DNA of 64,000 bases, from NCBI GenBank assembly GCA_902515775.1, contig CABXVU010000001.1, forward strand, positions 28,366-92,365. The letters run 5' to 3'. Made by a program: the position numbers and the translations under genes. Below the pieces are notes generated by a model. That model worked only from the letters and a program-made list of their open reading frames with translations. It was not told where the DNA came from and searched no databases. Below, in pieces: positions 37,691 through 47,288 of this stretch. Each line of letters begins with the position of its first letter. Positions within the stretch are counted from its first letter, which is position 1. The DNA comes from an uncultured SAR86 cluster bacterium (GTDB taxonomy: Bacteria > Pseudomonadota > Gammaproteobacteria > Magnimaribacterales > D2472).

Positions 37691-38119
37691 TTAGAAATTT
37701 ATTGTATCTCCAACAATAATATTATTCTTTTTAAACCATCCCTGATTAACTTCAACTGCCATTCGAGCTCTTTGAATTGAACAGATAGATTCTTCAGAAA
37801 AAGGGACCATATCATAAATTTCTAAAATTCTCCCATTACTAGAAATGAATGCAACGCTCAATGGAAGTGGAGTATCTTTCATCCACATACATTGTCTTTT
37901 ACTCGATGGCCAAATAAAAATCATGCCACTATTTTTTTCTAATATTTTTTGATTCATCAAGCCTTTACGCCTTGTTGCATCTGTATTGGATACTATTAAA
38001 GTTAGAGAAACGTTTTTATTTATAAAAGTTGCATCAATCTGAGCAATCGATGAAAGAGAAAATATTATTAATAAAAGGCTAAGAAATTTTTTGTCGAAAG
38101 CTTTCAATAGTTTGCTCAT
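37691..38119 (-). CDS. DUF192 domain protein with signal peptide
   Basis: RRKGLM...GMIF...MWMKDT.LPLSVAFI...G.I...M.P is DUF192-like. I start at the ATG at 38119 (MSKLLKAFDKKFLSLLLIIFSLSSIAQ). The longer track ORF runs deep into rpe. Confidence 0.65.
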   Translation of the reverse strand: MSKLLKAFDKKFLSLLLIIFSLSSIAQIDATFINKNVSLTLIVSNTDATRRKGLMNQKILEKNSGMIFIWPSSKRQCMWMKDTPLPLSVAFISSNGRILEIYDMVPFSEESICSIQRARMAVEVNQGWFKKNNIIVGDTINF

Positions 38120-38744
38120 AATCTGATGATCCAAAAATAGCAGACCCCGCAACAAAAACATCTGCTCCAGCCATTGAAACTCTTGAAATAGTTTCAGTGT
38201 TGATACCACCATCAACCTCTAAGTAAATTTTATTTTCTTGTTTGTCTATTAGCTCTCTAGCAGCCTGAATTTTTTCAATTGTATCTTCAATAAACTCTTG
38301 TCCACCAAATCCTGGATAAACACTCATTAATAAAATTAAATCAATCTCATCAACAATATCATCCAAAACAGACAAAGAAGTGTCAGGATTTATTGCAATA
38401 CCAACCTTGCATGAACATTCTTTAATTATTTCTATTGTATTCTTTGTACTTTCTACTGCTTCAGGATGAAAGCTAATCAGATCTGCTCCTGCACTTGCAA
38501 AGCTTTTTGCTAGTTCGTTTACAGGCTCAATCATTAAATGCACATCAATAAAATCCTTGATTCCATCGTCTCTTAATGACTTACAAACCATTGGGCCAAC
38601 TGTAAGATTTGGTACATAGTGATTGTCCATAACATCAAAATGTATCCAGTCCGCGCCAGCAGACATAACTGAATTGATCTCTTCGCCTAACCTAGCAAAA
38701 TTAGCAGATAAAATAGACGGAGCGATTAAAGACTTAGATTTCAT
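38079..38744 (-). CDS. rpe: ribulose-phosphate 3-epimerase
   Basis: IAPSILSANFARLGEE, HFDVMDNHYVPN, PGFGGQ and VDGG. Confidence 0.95.
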   Translation of the reverse strand: MKSKSLIAPSILSANFARLGEEINSVMSAGADWIHFDVMDNHYVPNLTVGPMVCKSLRDDGIKDFIDVHLMIEPVNELAKSFASAGADLISFHPEAVESTKNTIEIIKECSCKVGIAINPDTSLSVLDDIVDEIDLILLMSVYPGFGGQEFIEDTIEKIQAARELIDKQENKIYLEVDGGINTETISRVSMAGADVFVAGSAIFGSSDYEQTIESFRQKIS

Positions 38745-38749
38745 TGTTG

Positions 38750-39421
38750 TTAATTTTGATCTTTTAGAACTGTCCTTGCAAGCTTTAATCTATTAGGGGT
38801 GCCGACATCTATCCAAAATGAATCATCTAAATGACCGGTAACTTTAGAAGTTTTTATCAACGGTATCAATATAGTGCTCCAAAGATCGAATGGATAATCT
38901 TTAGAAGCGTGCTTTTCTAAAACGCTAGGATTTATAACACACACTCCCGAATAAGTGTAATCGTTGAATCCTTCATTTATAAAAACTGATTCGTCATTCA
39001 GTGAAAAATCTCCTCCATTGTTATGGTCAGGATTTTTGGTAGCTATTAAATGAACGGTATCTACCCTATCAGGAATTTTTGTAAGATCTGGACTAAACAA
39101 GATATCTGAAGTGCTTAAAATGAATGGGGCAGATCCAAGATAATCCTTAGCATTCAATAAAGCGCCCCCAGTTCCATAAGGAAATGGTTCATCTAAAAAA
39201 ATTATATTGGATGCATTCTCAATGGATTTTAGGGCAAGTTTAATTTTTTCTCCAAGATACGAAACATTAATGATGAATTCATTGATACCGTAATTTGTTA
39301 AATTATTTATTGTGTATTCAATTAACGATAATCCATTTACATCAAGCAAAGGTTTAGGAATCTCCCTAGTTAGGGGTTTCATTCTTGAGCCAAGGCCTGC
39401 AGCTAAAATCATAGCCTTCAT
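38750..39421 (-). CDS. murU: sugar-1-phosphate nucleotidyltransferase, MurU-like (MurNAc-alpha-1-P uridylyltransferase)
   Basis: MKAMILAAGLGSRMKPLT..IPKPLL. About 220 aa. Overlaps a kinase gene and lies near lptD, as the amgK-murU pair does in Pseudomonas (recalled). Confidence 0.65.
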   Translation of the reverse strand: MKAMILAAGLGSRMKPLTREIPKPLLDVNGLSLIEYTINNLTNYGINEFIINVSYLGEKIKLALKSIENASNIIFLDEPFPYGTGGALLNAKDYLGSAPFILSTSDILFSPDLTKIPDRVDTVHLIATKNPDHNNGGDFSLNDESVFINEGFNDYTYSGVCVINPSVLEKHASKDYPFDLWSTILIPLIKTSKVTGHLDDSFWIDVGTPNRLKLARTVLKDQN

Positions 39422-40434
39422 ATTTTTAATAATTCCTTATCTAAAGTTTGTGATACATCATCAAGAAGGAAATTAGCAAGCTTAACTTGATTTAATTCTT
39501 TTGATAATAAAGCAGTATTAGAAACAATTTGAGGTAAATCCTTCATCCTAAATGCGCGTTGAGAAAAAATATAAAGTTCTGTAAGGGTGCCCATGATCCT
39601 AAGATTTCTCTGGAGACCACCCCATAATGTAGCTTTAAAAATGTCTTCTGCAGAAATTTCGTAAATGGAAATTTCTGCAAAGATTTTGCAATATTTTTTT
39701 AATGTATCTAGGTTTAAAGGAATGTAATGATCAATGAGAATCCCAGCCAAATCAATTCCAATTGGGCCATGACACAAATCTTGAAAATCCAAGAGTGCTA
39801 GCTCAGAGTTGTTTATCAATTGTATATTTCTTCTTTCAAAATCAAAGTGACAATTTGTCCATTGCTGATCCATAATTTCAGTTCGAAGATCAGGAAAAAT
39901 ATCTTCATATTCATCAAACATCTCAATTTTTAAAAATTCTTGGCAAAAAATTTTAGAAAATTTCTTTGTATGAGATTCTAAACCCATCCAAAATGTTGAA
40001 TGCAGATCAACATGACTGGATTGATGCATTTTATTGAGCAACTCTAAAGCAGAAATAACAAGTTCTTCATTTTGATAAAAATCCTTTTCATTTATTAATG
40101 AATGGTCTCCTAAATCTTCTAATATAGTTAAGAAGTTTGCTGTATCGTGTTTAAAAATCTTTGGAACTCTTACGTTTGAAGCAGCAAGCTCATTCGCCCT
40201 ATTAATAAAGACATTCTGTCCATTAATTGGTCTGTCATCAAAGGAAATGACATAGGAAAGATTTTTAGAATTAACTCTAAAGTATTTCCTTCCGCTTGCC
40301 TCAATTTTCAAAGGCTCTATGGATGCTAATTCTTGATTGAATTCTTGAGCGTATTCAAGAATCTTATTTTCTAATACTTCAGCTATTTTCAATCTCCGAT
40401 GGCAAAGGAGTATCTTCAGGTAAAAAGAAATCAA
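39418..40434 (-). CDS. amgK: aminoglycoside-phosphotransferase-fold kinase, AmgK-like (anomeric MurNAc/GlcNAc kinase)
   Basis: SGRKYFRV, HFDFERRN and LLDFQD..HGP.GIDLA kinase motifs. The track start at 40434 is TTG. A TTG at 40392 (MKIAEVLEN...) is an equally plausible start with a shorter overlap into the SDR gene. Confidence 0.6.
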   Translation of the reverse strand: MISFYLKILLCHRRLKIAEVLENKILEYAQEFNQELASIEPLKIEASGRKYFRVNSKNLSYVISFDDRPINGQNVFINRANELAASNVRVPKIFKHDTANFLTILEDLGDHSLINEKDFYQNEELVISALELLNKMHQSSHVDLHSTFWMGLESHTKKFSKIFCQEFLKIEMFDEYEDIFPDLRTEIMDQQWTNCHFDFERRNIQLINNSELALLDFQDLCHGPIGIDLAGILIDHYIPLNLDTLKKYCKIFAEISIYEISAEDIFKATLWGGLQRNLRIMGTLTELYIFSQRAFRMKDLPQIVSNTALLSKELNQVKLANFLLDDVSQTLDKELLKI

Positions 40435-41236
40435 GAGCTAATTGAGCAAATGGTAAATCAGCATACTTTTTAAAATCTCTAACGCCTGCTTCATACAAGA
40501 CTAAATCATCGATACAAAAATTACCCGTAAAACTCGCTGGATCCTTAATAAAAATTTCATATGCTGCATCAGCCATAATCTCAGGAGTTCTGGAAATATT
40601 CATTAGCTCCTCTCCACCTAAAATATTTTTAACTGCAGCTGTTGCAATAGCTGTTCTCGGCCATAATCCATTTACAGCTATGCCATCAGACTTAAGTTCC
40701 TCGGCCATTCCTAATACACACATACTCATGGTGTATTTTGCCATGGTGTAAGCAAGATGAGGTCCAAACCACTTTGGCTTCATATCCAAGGGAGGAGCCA
40801 AGTTTAATATATGAGCGCCATTAGATTGCTTAAGGTGAGGAATGCAATATTTACTGACCAAATATGTACCCCTTCCATTAATTTGATGCATCAAATCGTA
40901 TCTTTTCATATCCGTATCAGGCGTAGTTGTTAAAGAAATAGCTGAAGCATTGTTTACACAAATATCAATACCCCCGAAATGACTAATTGTTTGTTCCACA
41001 GCATCAATAACATTCTTTTCATCTCGAACATCTAAAACTATGGGTAACGCTTCACCACCAGCCTCAACAATTTCATCTGCAGCAGTGAAAATAGTTCCTG
41101 GTAGTTTTGGATGAGGTTCAGCAGTTTTTGCGGCTAAAACTACTTTAGCTCCATCTTTTGCAGCTCTCTTCCCTATTGCGAGACCAATTCCCCTACTGCC
41201 TCCAGTAATAAATAATACTCTTCCTTTTAAACTCAT
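40379..41236 (-). CDS. SDR family oxidoreductase (HSDL2-like)
   Basis: ITGGSRGIG, NNAS and the YTMAK (YxxxK) catalytic motif. PHPKLPGTI resembles HSDL2-type SDRs. Confidence 0.85.
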   Translation of the reverse strand: MSLKGRVLFITGGSRGIGLAIGKRAAKDGAKVVLAAKTAEPHPKLPGTIFTAADEIVEAGGEALPIVLDVRDEKNVIDAVEQTISHFGGIDICVNNASAISLTTTPDTDMKRYDLMHQINGRGTYLVSKYCIPHLKQSNGAHILNLAPPLDMKPKWFGPHLAYTMAKYTMSMCVLGMAEELKSDGIAVNGLWPRTAIATAAVKNILGGEELMNISRTPEIMADAAYEIFIKDPASFTGNFCIDDLVLYEAGVRDFKKYADLPFAQLALDFFLPEDTPLPSEIENS

Positions 41237-41339
41237 TTCGTATCTCCTGTGTTAACAATAATTGTTGCTTGATGTTGCATTTTTAATCTGGTTGATGCAA
41301 GTTAATGGGTTATTATAATCTTTAGAAGTGAGGACGACT

Positions 41340-41942
41340 ATGAATGTAGATTTTATTTTTGACTTTGCCAGTCCAAATGCATATCTGTGTCATAAGGCAA
41401 TTCAGAATATTGAACAAACTCATAACATAAAATTTAATTACGTACCGTGCCTACTTGGCGGAATCATGAAATTGACTAATAACCAACCTCCAATGGTTTC
41501 CTTGGCTGAAATTCCTAATAAGATGAAATATGAATTTGAAACCGCTTTTAATCGGTTCATGAAAGAACATAACATTACAAAATTTAAAATGAATGAGTAC
41601 TTTCCTGTAAATACTATTTCTCTTATAAGAGGAGCAATAGTGGCTCAAAAGCATGGATTTTTTGAAACTTACCTTGAAATAGTCTTAAGTGGGCTTTGGG
41701 AACAATCACTGAAGTTAGATACTCCAGAAGCCCTGCATGAGCTTTTAACAAAGCACAACTGTAATGCTGATCTTGTCATAGAAGAAATTGCTAAGGATCA
41801 AACTAAACAAGAATTAATCAAAAATACCAGTGAAGCTGCTGAAAAAGGTGCTTTTGGAATCCCTACATTTTTTGTTGAAAAAGAAATGTTTTATGGCAAG
41901 GATACTTTAAGAGAACTTAAAGAAATGGCATCTTCAGCCTAA
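41340..41942 (+). CDS. 2-hydroxychromene-2-carboxylate isomerase / DsbA-like thioredoxin-fold protein
   Basis: MNVDFIFDFASPNAYL N-terminus and GAFGIPTFFV. The ATG at 41340 has SD GAGGA 5 nt upstream. The track start at 41328 is GTG inside that SD. Confidence 0.7.
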   Translation: MNVDFIFDFASPNAYLCHKAIQNIEQTHNIKFNYVPCLLGGIMKLTNNQPPMVSLAEIPNKMKYEFETAFNRFMKEHNITKFKMNEYFPVNTISLIRGAIVAQKHGFFETYLEIVLSGLWEQSLKLDTPEALHELLTKHNCNADLVIEEIAKDQTKQELIKNTSEAAEKGAFGIPTFFVEKEMFYGKDTLRELKEMASSA

Positions 41943-41947
41943 AATTT

Positions 41948-44266
41948 TTGAAATTCCGCAAAAGACAATTTAGCTTTATAAAGCATATATATAAATATCT
42001 TTTTATATTTCTTTCTAGTGCGTCCGGAAATATGTTTGCTATTGATGATAGTAACTTTTTAAGTATTCAAGATCGGGTTCAGAATTGTAGTTTTCCTCAA
42101 TATCCATTACTAATTAATCAAGATAAATCTGATGTGCTAAATGCCAGTTCGATGGATATTAAATCAAATGGAGAAATGTATCTAAATGGAAATGTTTTTA
42201 TTGGACTGAATGAGGGCAAAGTAAATGCTGATAGTGCAACTTTTATACAAAAACAAAATTCTGTTAAAGATATAAAAAATGGGAGTATCTATCACTCAAG
42301 TAATTATTTTAATTTTTTAAGTGGTTATTTAGAGAAAAAATCCGGACAACTTAAGCTTGATAATGGGGAAACTTTCCTGAGCGAAAGAAACTTATTAATT
42401 AGTTATGAGTCATTAGATGGGAACTTAGGAGAATTTTTAAAATTTAAAAATGCTAGTCTGACCACTTGCAATAGTAATACCCAGGGCTGGGAAATTGAAG
42501 CTGCAAGTATAAATATTGATGAAAATTCTAGTCGGGGAATCATTAAAGATATGAAGCTTAAAATTTTTAATAAAGAAGTTCTTAAGCTTCCGTACCTGCC
42601 CTTCCCTGCAACAACTAAAAGATTAAGCGGTTTTTTAGAGCCGGAGGTGAACCTCACATCAGATGGCTTGGATCTACTCTTGCCTTACTTTTGGGTATTA
42701 TCTGATAAATCTGACATAACCATTGCGTCAAGAATACTAAATGATAGAGGTGCGGGTATTGAAGGAAATTTTCGCTATCTTACAAACGTTGATTCTGATA
42801 ATTATTTAGATCTAATATTTTTTCCTGAAGATAAAGAATTTAAGAAAGACTTTGGAAATAATAAAGATCAAAGATGGGCATTTCGATTCAAAGAGAATAG
42901 GCAATTATCAAAATTTTCAACATACATTGACTGGTCTAAATCATCAGACTCTATGGTATTGCTTGATTTACCATCAAGCATTACAAATATTGCAAATCAA
43001 AGAGATCATTATCTAAATCAAACCTTTTCAATGAATTTCATATCAAAGAACTTTTACTTAAGCTTAAGTCGAGAGGGATATCAAAGCTTAAATCCATTTA
43101 TAAATAATGGATATATTAAAAATCCCGGCCTTCATATTGAATATTTCAATAACAGCTCAAACATTTCTTATTTTACTAAGATTGATTATGCAAGTTTTGA
43201 TATTGATAAAAGTACAAATCAATTTTTTAGCAATAATTCTATTTCTGAAACTGGAAAAAGATCGATTGCTGAAATTGGGGCCGAAATTTTCTATGATTTT
43301 AAATATTTAAATATCGCAATCAGCGGTTCAACATTACATAAAAAATATAATCTGAATAAAAAAAACTCACAGTCTTTTTCATCCTCAATACCCTCTTTTA
43401 AAATAAATCTTTCATCATTGTTAAAAAAATCAACGGCCTCGGGGATCTCGCTAATAATGCCTGAATTTGTTTATCAGAAAATCAATTACAAAGATCAAAG
43501 CTTAAATCCTATTTTTGATCTTCATCAGCGTAACTCGGGTAATCTAAATGCACTCAGAAATGAATACTTTTTTGGGAAAGATAGGGTTCCGGATACAGAA
43601 TTTCTAGCTGCAAAATTGAGCTGGCAAAAAAATATGTATAAAAACCAAAAATTTGCTTTTCAATTAATAAAAAAGAATGAGCTGGAAACAAGCAGAGTAA
43701 TCAATGCTATGTTGAGAAGTCCATTAGGAAAAGATAGTCAAATTGGTTCAAAGATATCTTTTGAAAACAATGTTCTAAAAACATACGTTGCTGCAAATTA
43801 TTCTCAAAAAAGAAATTTTCTCAATTATGGAGAAACTGGATTAGAGATTAAATACTCAAATATGAACATGAGGATATCAAGAAATTTCCAGAGAAATATT
43901 CCTCTATTAGACATAGAAAATGAATTAGATTATGCCGAGTTTTCCCTGGAGCGTCTTGTACCAAAGGGTTACAAAATTATTGGTGGAATAAGTAAAGACT
44001 TAGTATCGAAGAAAAATTTAGAAACTTATTTTGGCTTTGGTTATGAAAACTGTTGTCTTGCTTTTAAAATATATGCGTCAGATAAAAGACTTTCGAAATA
44101 TAATTTTTTGAATATTCAGTCTCAAGAATTTAATCAAATTTATTGGGAAAAAATGATTTCAATTGAAAACAAAAGTAGAATTAACTTTGAATTTGAACTT
44201 AAAGGTCTGACTGGAGCAAACAAAAGAATTAATAGGTTTTTCTCTAATGCTTTTTTAGATCTTTAG
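41948..44266 (+). CDS. lptD: LPS-assembly outer-membrane protein LptD
   Basis: 772 aa with signal peptide ...FLSSASGNMFA. An OstA-like N-terminal region and a long beta-rich C-terminus. Immediately upstream of surA-pdxA-rsmA-apaH. Apparent TTG start. Confidence 0.8.
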   Translation: MKFRKRQFSFIKHIYKYLFIFLSSASGNMFAIDDSNFLSIQDRVQNCSFPQYPLLINQDKSDVLNASSMDIKSNGEMYLNGNVFIGLNEGKVNADSATFIQKQNSVKDIKNGSIYHSSNYFNFLSGYLEKKSGQLKLDNGETFLSERNLLISYESLDGNLGEFLKFKNASLTTCNSNTQGWEIEAASINIDENSSRGIIKDMKLKIFNKEVLKLPYLPFPATTKRLSGFLEPEVNLTSDGLDLLLPYFWVLSDKSDITIASRILNDRGAGIEGNFRYLTNVDSDNYLDLIFFPEDKEFKKDFGNNKDQRWAFRFKENRQLSKFSTYIDWSKSSDSMVLLDLPSSITNIANQRDHYLNQTFSMNFISKNFYLSLSREGYQSLNPFINNGYIKNPGLHIEYFNNSSNISYFTKIDYASFDIDKSTNQFFSNNSISETGKRSIAEIGAEIFYDFKYLNIAISGSTLHKKYNLNKKNSQSFSSSIPSFKINLSSLLKKSTASGISLIMPEFVYQKINYKDQSLNPIFDLHQRNSGNLNALRNEYFFGKDRVPDTEFLAAKLSWQKNMYKNQKFAFQLIKKNELETSRVINAMLRSPLGKDSQIGSKISFENNVLKTYVAANYSQKRNFLNYGETGLEIKYSNMNMRISRNFQRNIPLLDIENELDYAEFSLERLVPKGYKIIGGISKDLVSKKNLETYFGFGYENCCLAFKIYASDKRLSKYNFLNIQSQEFNQIYWEKMISIENKSRINFEFELKGLTGANKRINRFFSNAFLDL

Positions 44267-44293
44267 TGAATTAACTCGAATAAAATAAAAATA

Positions 44294-45541
44294 ATGAAAT
44301 TAAAAATATTTATCTTGCTACCATTTTTTATGATGGCGCCTTTAATGATGGCAAAAATTGAAATCCTTGATAGAGTTGCAATTATTGTCGGGGAAGGTGT
44401 TGTGCTTGAATCTCAAGTTAAAAGCATGATGCAAAATATTAAGAAAAGGTACTCTGAACAAGGTGCTGCTTTACCACCGGATGAGGTGCTATTGGAACAA
44501 GTGCATGAACGCTTAATTATTCAAGAGTTACAGCTCCAAATGGCTGACAGAGCTGGTATTAGAGTCAGTGATACCGAGCTCAATGCATCATTCCAAAATA
44601 TTGCACAAAATAATCAATTAAGCTTAGAGGAATTCATTGAGACTATAGAGTCTGAGGGTGAATCTTATAAAGATTTAAGAGAACAGGTAAGAGAGGAAAT
44701 GATTATTCAAAGAGTACAAAGAGGAAGGGTTGGAAGAGAAGTTGATATCACTGAACAAGAACTTAATGGCTTTTTAGCAACTGAAGGAGTGATCAATCAA
44801 TTATCACCCGAGTTATTTGTGAGACAAATACTTGTATCTACTAAAAATCAAGCTTTGGAATTAATTCAAAAGATCCTTGATGGCTCAGACTTTGCTGAAC
44901 TAGCAAGGTCAAACTCTAAGAGCAATAATGCTTCTCAAGGTGGAGAAATGGGTTGGAGAAATTTAGCCGATATGCCTTCATTATTTGCTGGTGCACTCAA
45001 AAATAAAAAGAAAGGTTTTATTTCCGAACCTTTGAAAGCTGGTTCTGGTTTTTATATTTTAAAGCTTGAAGATAAAAGAGGTGATTTGGTTAAATTTGAA
45101 GAGCAATGGAATGTGCGACACATACTAATGATGGAAACCAAGCTAAGAGATAAGATGTTTACAAAAAAAGAACTAGAAGATGTTAGAAATAGAGTGCTGG
45201 CGGGAGAAGATTTTAGTTTGCTTGCTAAAGAGTTCTCCGAAGATCCTGGCTCAGCATCTCGAGGCGGTGATCTTGATTGGTTAAGTCTTGGAACAACAGC
45301 TCCTGCATTTGAGAAAATGATGCTAGCATCTCCTATTTACGAAATTTCTCCTGTTTTTGAATCAGAATTCGGTTTTCATTTTCTTCAAGTGCTTAATCAG
45401 CGGACAGAGGATTTAACTGAAGAAGTTATAAAAGATAGAGCCTATGGAATTTTATTTTCTAGAAAATTTGATGAAGAGCTTGAAAATACTCTCAGAACCA
45501 TTCGCTCTGAAGCATTTGTAGAATTTAAAGAATTAGATTGA
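44294..45541 (+). CDS. surA: periplasmic chaperone / peptidyl-prolyl isomerase SurA
   Basis: Signal peptide. LDRVAIIVGEGVVLESQV. Two parvulin-type domains (GGEMGW..., GGDLDW... FGFHFLQV). Confidence 0.9.
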   Translation: MKLKIFILLPFFMMAPLMMAKIEILDRVAIIVGEGVVLESQVKSMMQNIKKRYSEQGAALPPDEVLLEQVHERLIIQELQLQMADRAGIRVSDTELNASFQNIAQNNQLSLEEFIETIESEGESYKDLREQVREEMIIQRVQRGRVGREVDITEQELNGFLATEGVINQLSPELFVRQILVSTKNQALELIQKILDGSDFAELARSNSKSNNASQGGEMGWRNLADMPSLFAGALKNKKKGFISEPLKAGSGFYILKLEDKRGDLVKFEEQWNVRHILMMETKLRDKMFTKKELEDVRNRVLAGEDFSLLAKEFSEDPGSASRGGDLDWLSLGTTAPAFEKMMLASPIYEISPVFESEFGFHFLQVLNQRTEDLTEEVIKDRAYGILFSRKFDEELENTLRTIRSEAFVEFKELD

Positions 45542-46524
45542 AACAATTACTTTACTCTCCCGGTGAACCTGCAGGTATTGGAGTGGATTCAATTCTGTAC
45601 ATATCTAAACTAAAATTTTGGGAGGAAATGAATGTAAATTTAATATGTATTGCTGATGTAGATTTACTTCAATCAAGAACAAAAGCGCTAAATTTGAACA
45701 TTAAGTTTAAAGAACTTAAATCATTAAATAAGGCTAAGCAAAATAAAAAAGGCATTGTTCAATTCGTACAAGTGGCTGAATGCAAAGATTTCACTCCTGG
45801 CCAATTAAATTCTGAAAATGCACAATATATTATTAAAAATTTAAATTTTGGAATCGATCAAGCTTTAAAAAATAAAAAAATAGGCTTGGTTACTGGGCCC
45901 ATACAAAAAAGCAATATCATTGAGGGTGGATTTAAAGATTTTCAAGGTCATACTGAGTGGATTAAAAAGCAAACTAAATCAAAAGAAGTAGTAATGCTCC
46001 TTGCAGCTAAAAATATAAAAGTAGCCCTTGCCACAACTCACATACCACTTGCAGAAGTTTCAAAAAATATCCAAAAATCAAAGCTTGTAGAGATAATTAA
46101 AATATTAAATTTTGGTCTTAAAAATAACTTCAAGATAAAGCATCCCTGTATAAAAGTTCTTGGTTTAAATCCACATGCTGGTGAAAATGGTAAAATTGGC
46201 GAAGAGGAGTTATTAAAAATCAATCCTGCAGTAAAAATATGCAAGGAAATGGGAATTAAAGTTTCCTATGCTATATCAGCAGATACAGCTTTTAATAGCA
46301 ATCAATTAAAAGAAACTGATGCGTATCTTGCCATGTACCATGATCAAGCTTTGCCAGTGTTAAAAGCTTTAAGCTTTGGAAAGGCAGTTAATATTTCACT
46401 TGGTACTCCTTTAGTAAGGACTTCTGTTGATCATGGAACAGCCCTAGACATTGCTGGCAAAATTAAACCAAACCTAGGATCAATTAAAGAAGCTATTATG
46501 CTTGCTGAGATGCAGCTTAAATGA
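45538..46524 (+). CDS. pdxA: 4-hydroxythreonine-4-phosphate dehydrogenase
   Basis: GEPAGIG near the N-terminus, LNPHAGE, MYHDQ and SVDHGTA. TTG start is forced because the conserved N-terminus precedes the first ATG. Confidence 0.92.
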   Translation: MKQLLYSPGEPAGIGVDSILYISKLKFWEEMNVNLICIADVDLLQSRTKALNLNIKFKELKSLNKAKQNKKGIVQFVQVAECKDFTPGQLNSENAQYIIKNLNFGIDQALKNKKIGLVTGPIQKSNIIEGGFKDFQGHTEWIKKQTKSKEVVMLLAAKNIKVALATTHIPLAEVSKNIQKSKLVEIIKILNFGLKNNFKIKHPCIKVLGLNPHAGENGKIGEEELLKINPAVKICKEMGIKVSYAISADTAFNSNQLKETDAYLAMYHDQALPVLKALSFGKAVNISLGTPLVRTSVDHGTALDIAGKIKPNLGSIKEAIMLAEMQLK

Positions 46525-47288
46525 GTGATAGGTCTCAAAGACGAAAATTTGGTCAAAACTACCTTATCGATCCTGTAATTTTATTTGAGATTGAGAAAGC
46601 TATAAATCCCCAAAAAAATAATTTATTTTTTGAAATTGGTCCTGGTAAAGGGGCTCTCACAGAGAAATTAATGAGTCAAAGTATAAAAATTATTGCAATG
46701 GATATTGATCAAAAAAATATAGATATGCTTAAGCAGAAATATAGTACTTCTAAATATCAATTTATACATGGTGATGTATTAAAAGAATCTTTAAATTTTT
46801 TAAGTACAAAAAAGCATAGGATCGTAGGAAATCTTCCATACAATATTTCTACTCAGATAATTTTGAAGTTATTAAAATATTTTAATGCGATTGAAGATAT
46901 ACATTTTTTGGTACAAAAAGAAGTTGCTAATAGAATTTGCGCCTCACACCTATCAGGCGACTGGGGCAGGCTAGGAGTAAAGATTTCTGCTTTTTTCCAA
47001 ACCGATATATTATTTAATGTTCCGCCAGAATCCTTCGATATAAAACCTAAAGTTCAGTCTTCTTTTGTTAGATTAATACCGCGATCAGCGCCATACATTT
47101 CAAAAAATGAATATATAAAATTTTCTACTTTAATAGATCAATGTTTTGCAAATAAAAGGAAAGGCATCAAGAATAACCTAAAGAAATTTGATATTGATTT
47201 TCAACAACTTGCTATCAATCCACTCTCAAGAGCACAAGAACTATCAATTGAGGAATTTATTTCAATTTTTAGAGTTATTGACATTTAA
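46521..47288 (+). CDS. rsmA: 16S rRNA (adenine1518/1519-N6)-dimethyltransferase
   Basis: KFGQNYL, EIGPGKGALT and GNLPYNIST. Confidence 0.93.
   Translation: MSDRSQRRKFGQNYLIDPVILFEIEKAINPQKNNLFFEIGPGKGALTEKLMSQSIKIIAMDIDQKNIDMLKQKYSTSKYQFIHGDVLKESLNFLSTKKHRIVGNLPYNISTQIILKLLKYFNAIEDIHFLVQKEVANRICASHLSGDWGRLGVKISAFFQTDILFNVPPESFDIKPKVQSSFVRLIPRSAPYISKNEYIKFSTLIDQCFANKRKGIKNNLKKFDIDFQQLAINPLSRAQELSIEEFISIFRVIDI

Noticed and set aside
41254-41266. A perfect 6-1-6 palindrome, AACAAT-A-ATTGTT, in the divergent region between the SDR and the HCCA-isomerase-like genes.
   Set aside because: It is short and entirely AT-rich apart from two C/G pairs, so it is expected by chance at this base composition. 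No second copy or associated regulator gene is nearby.
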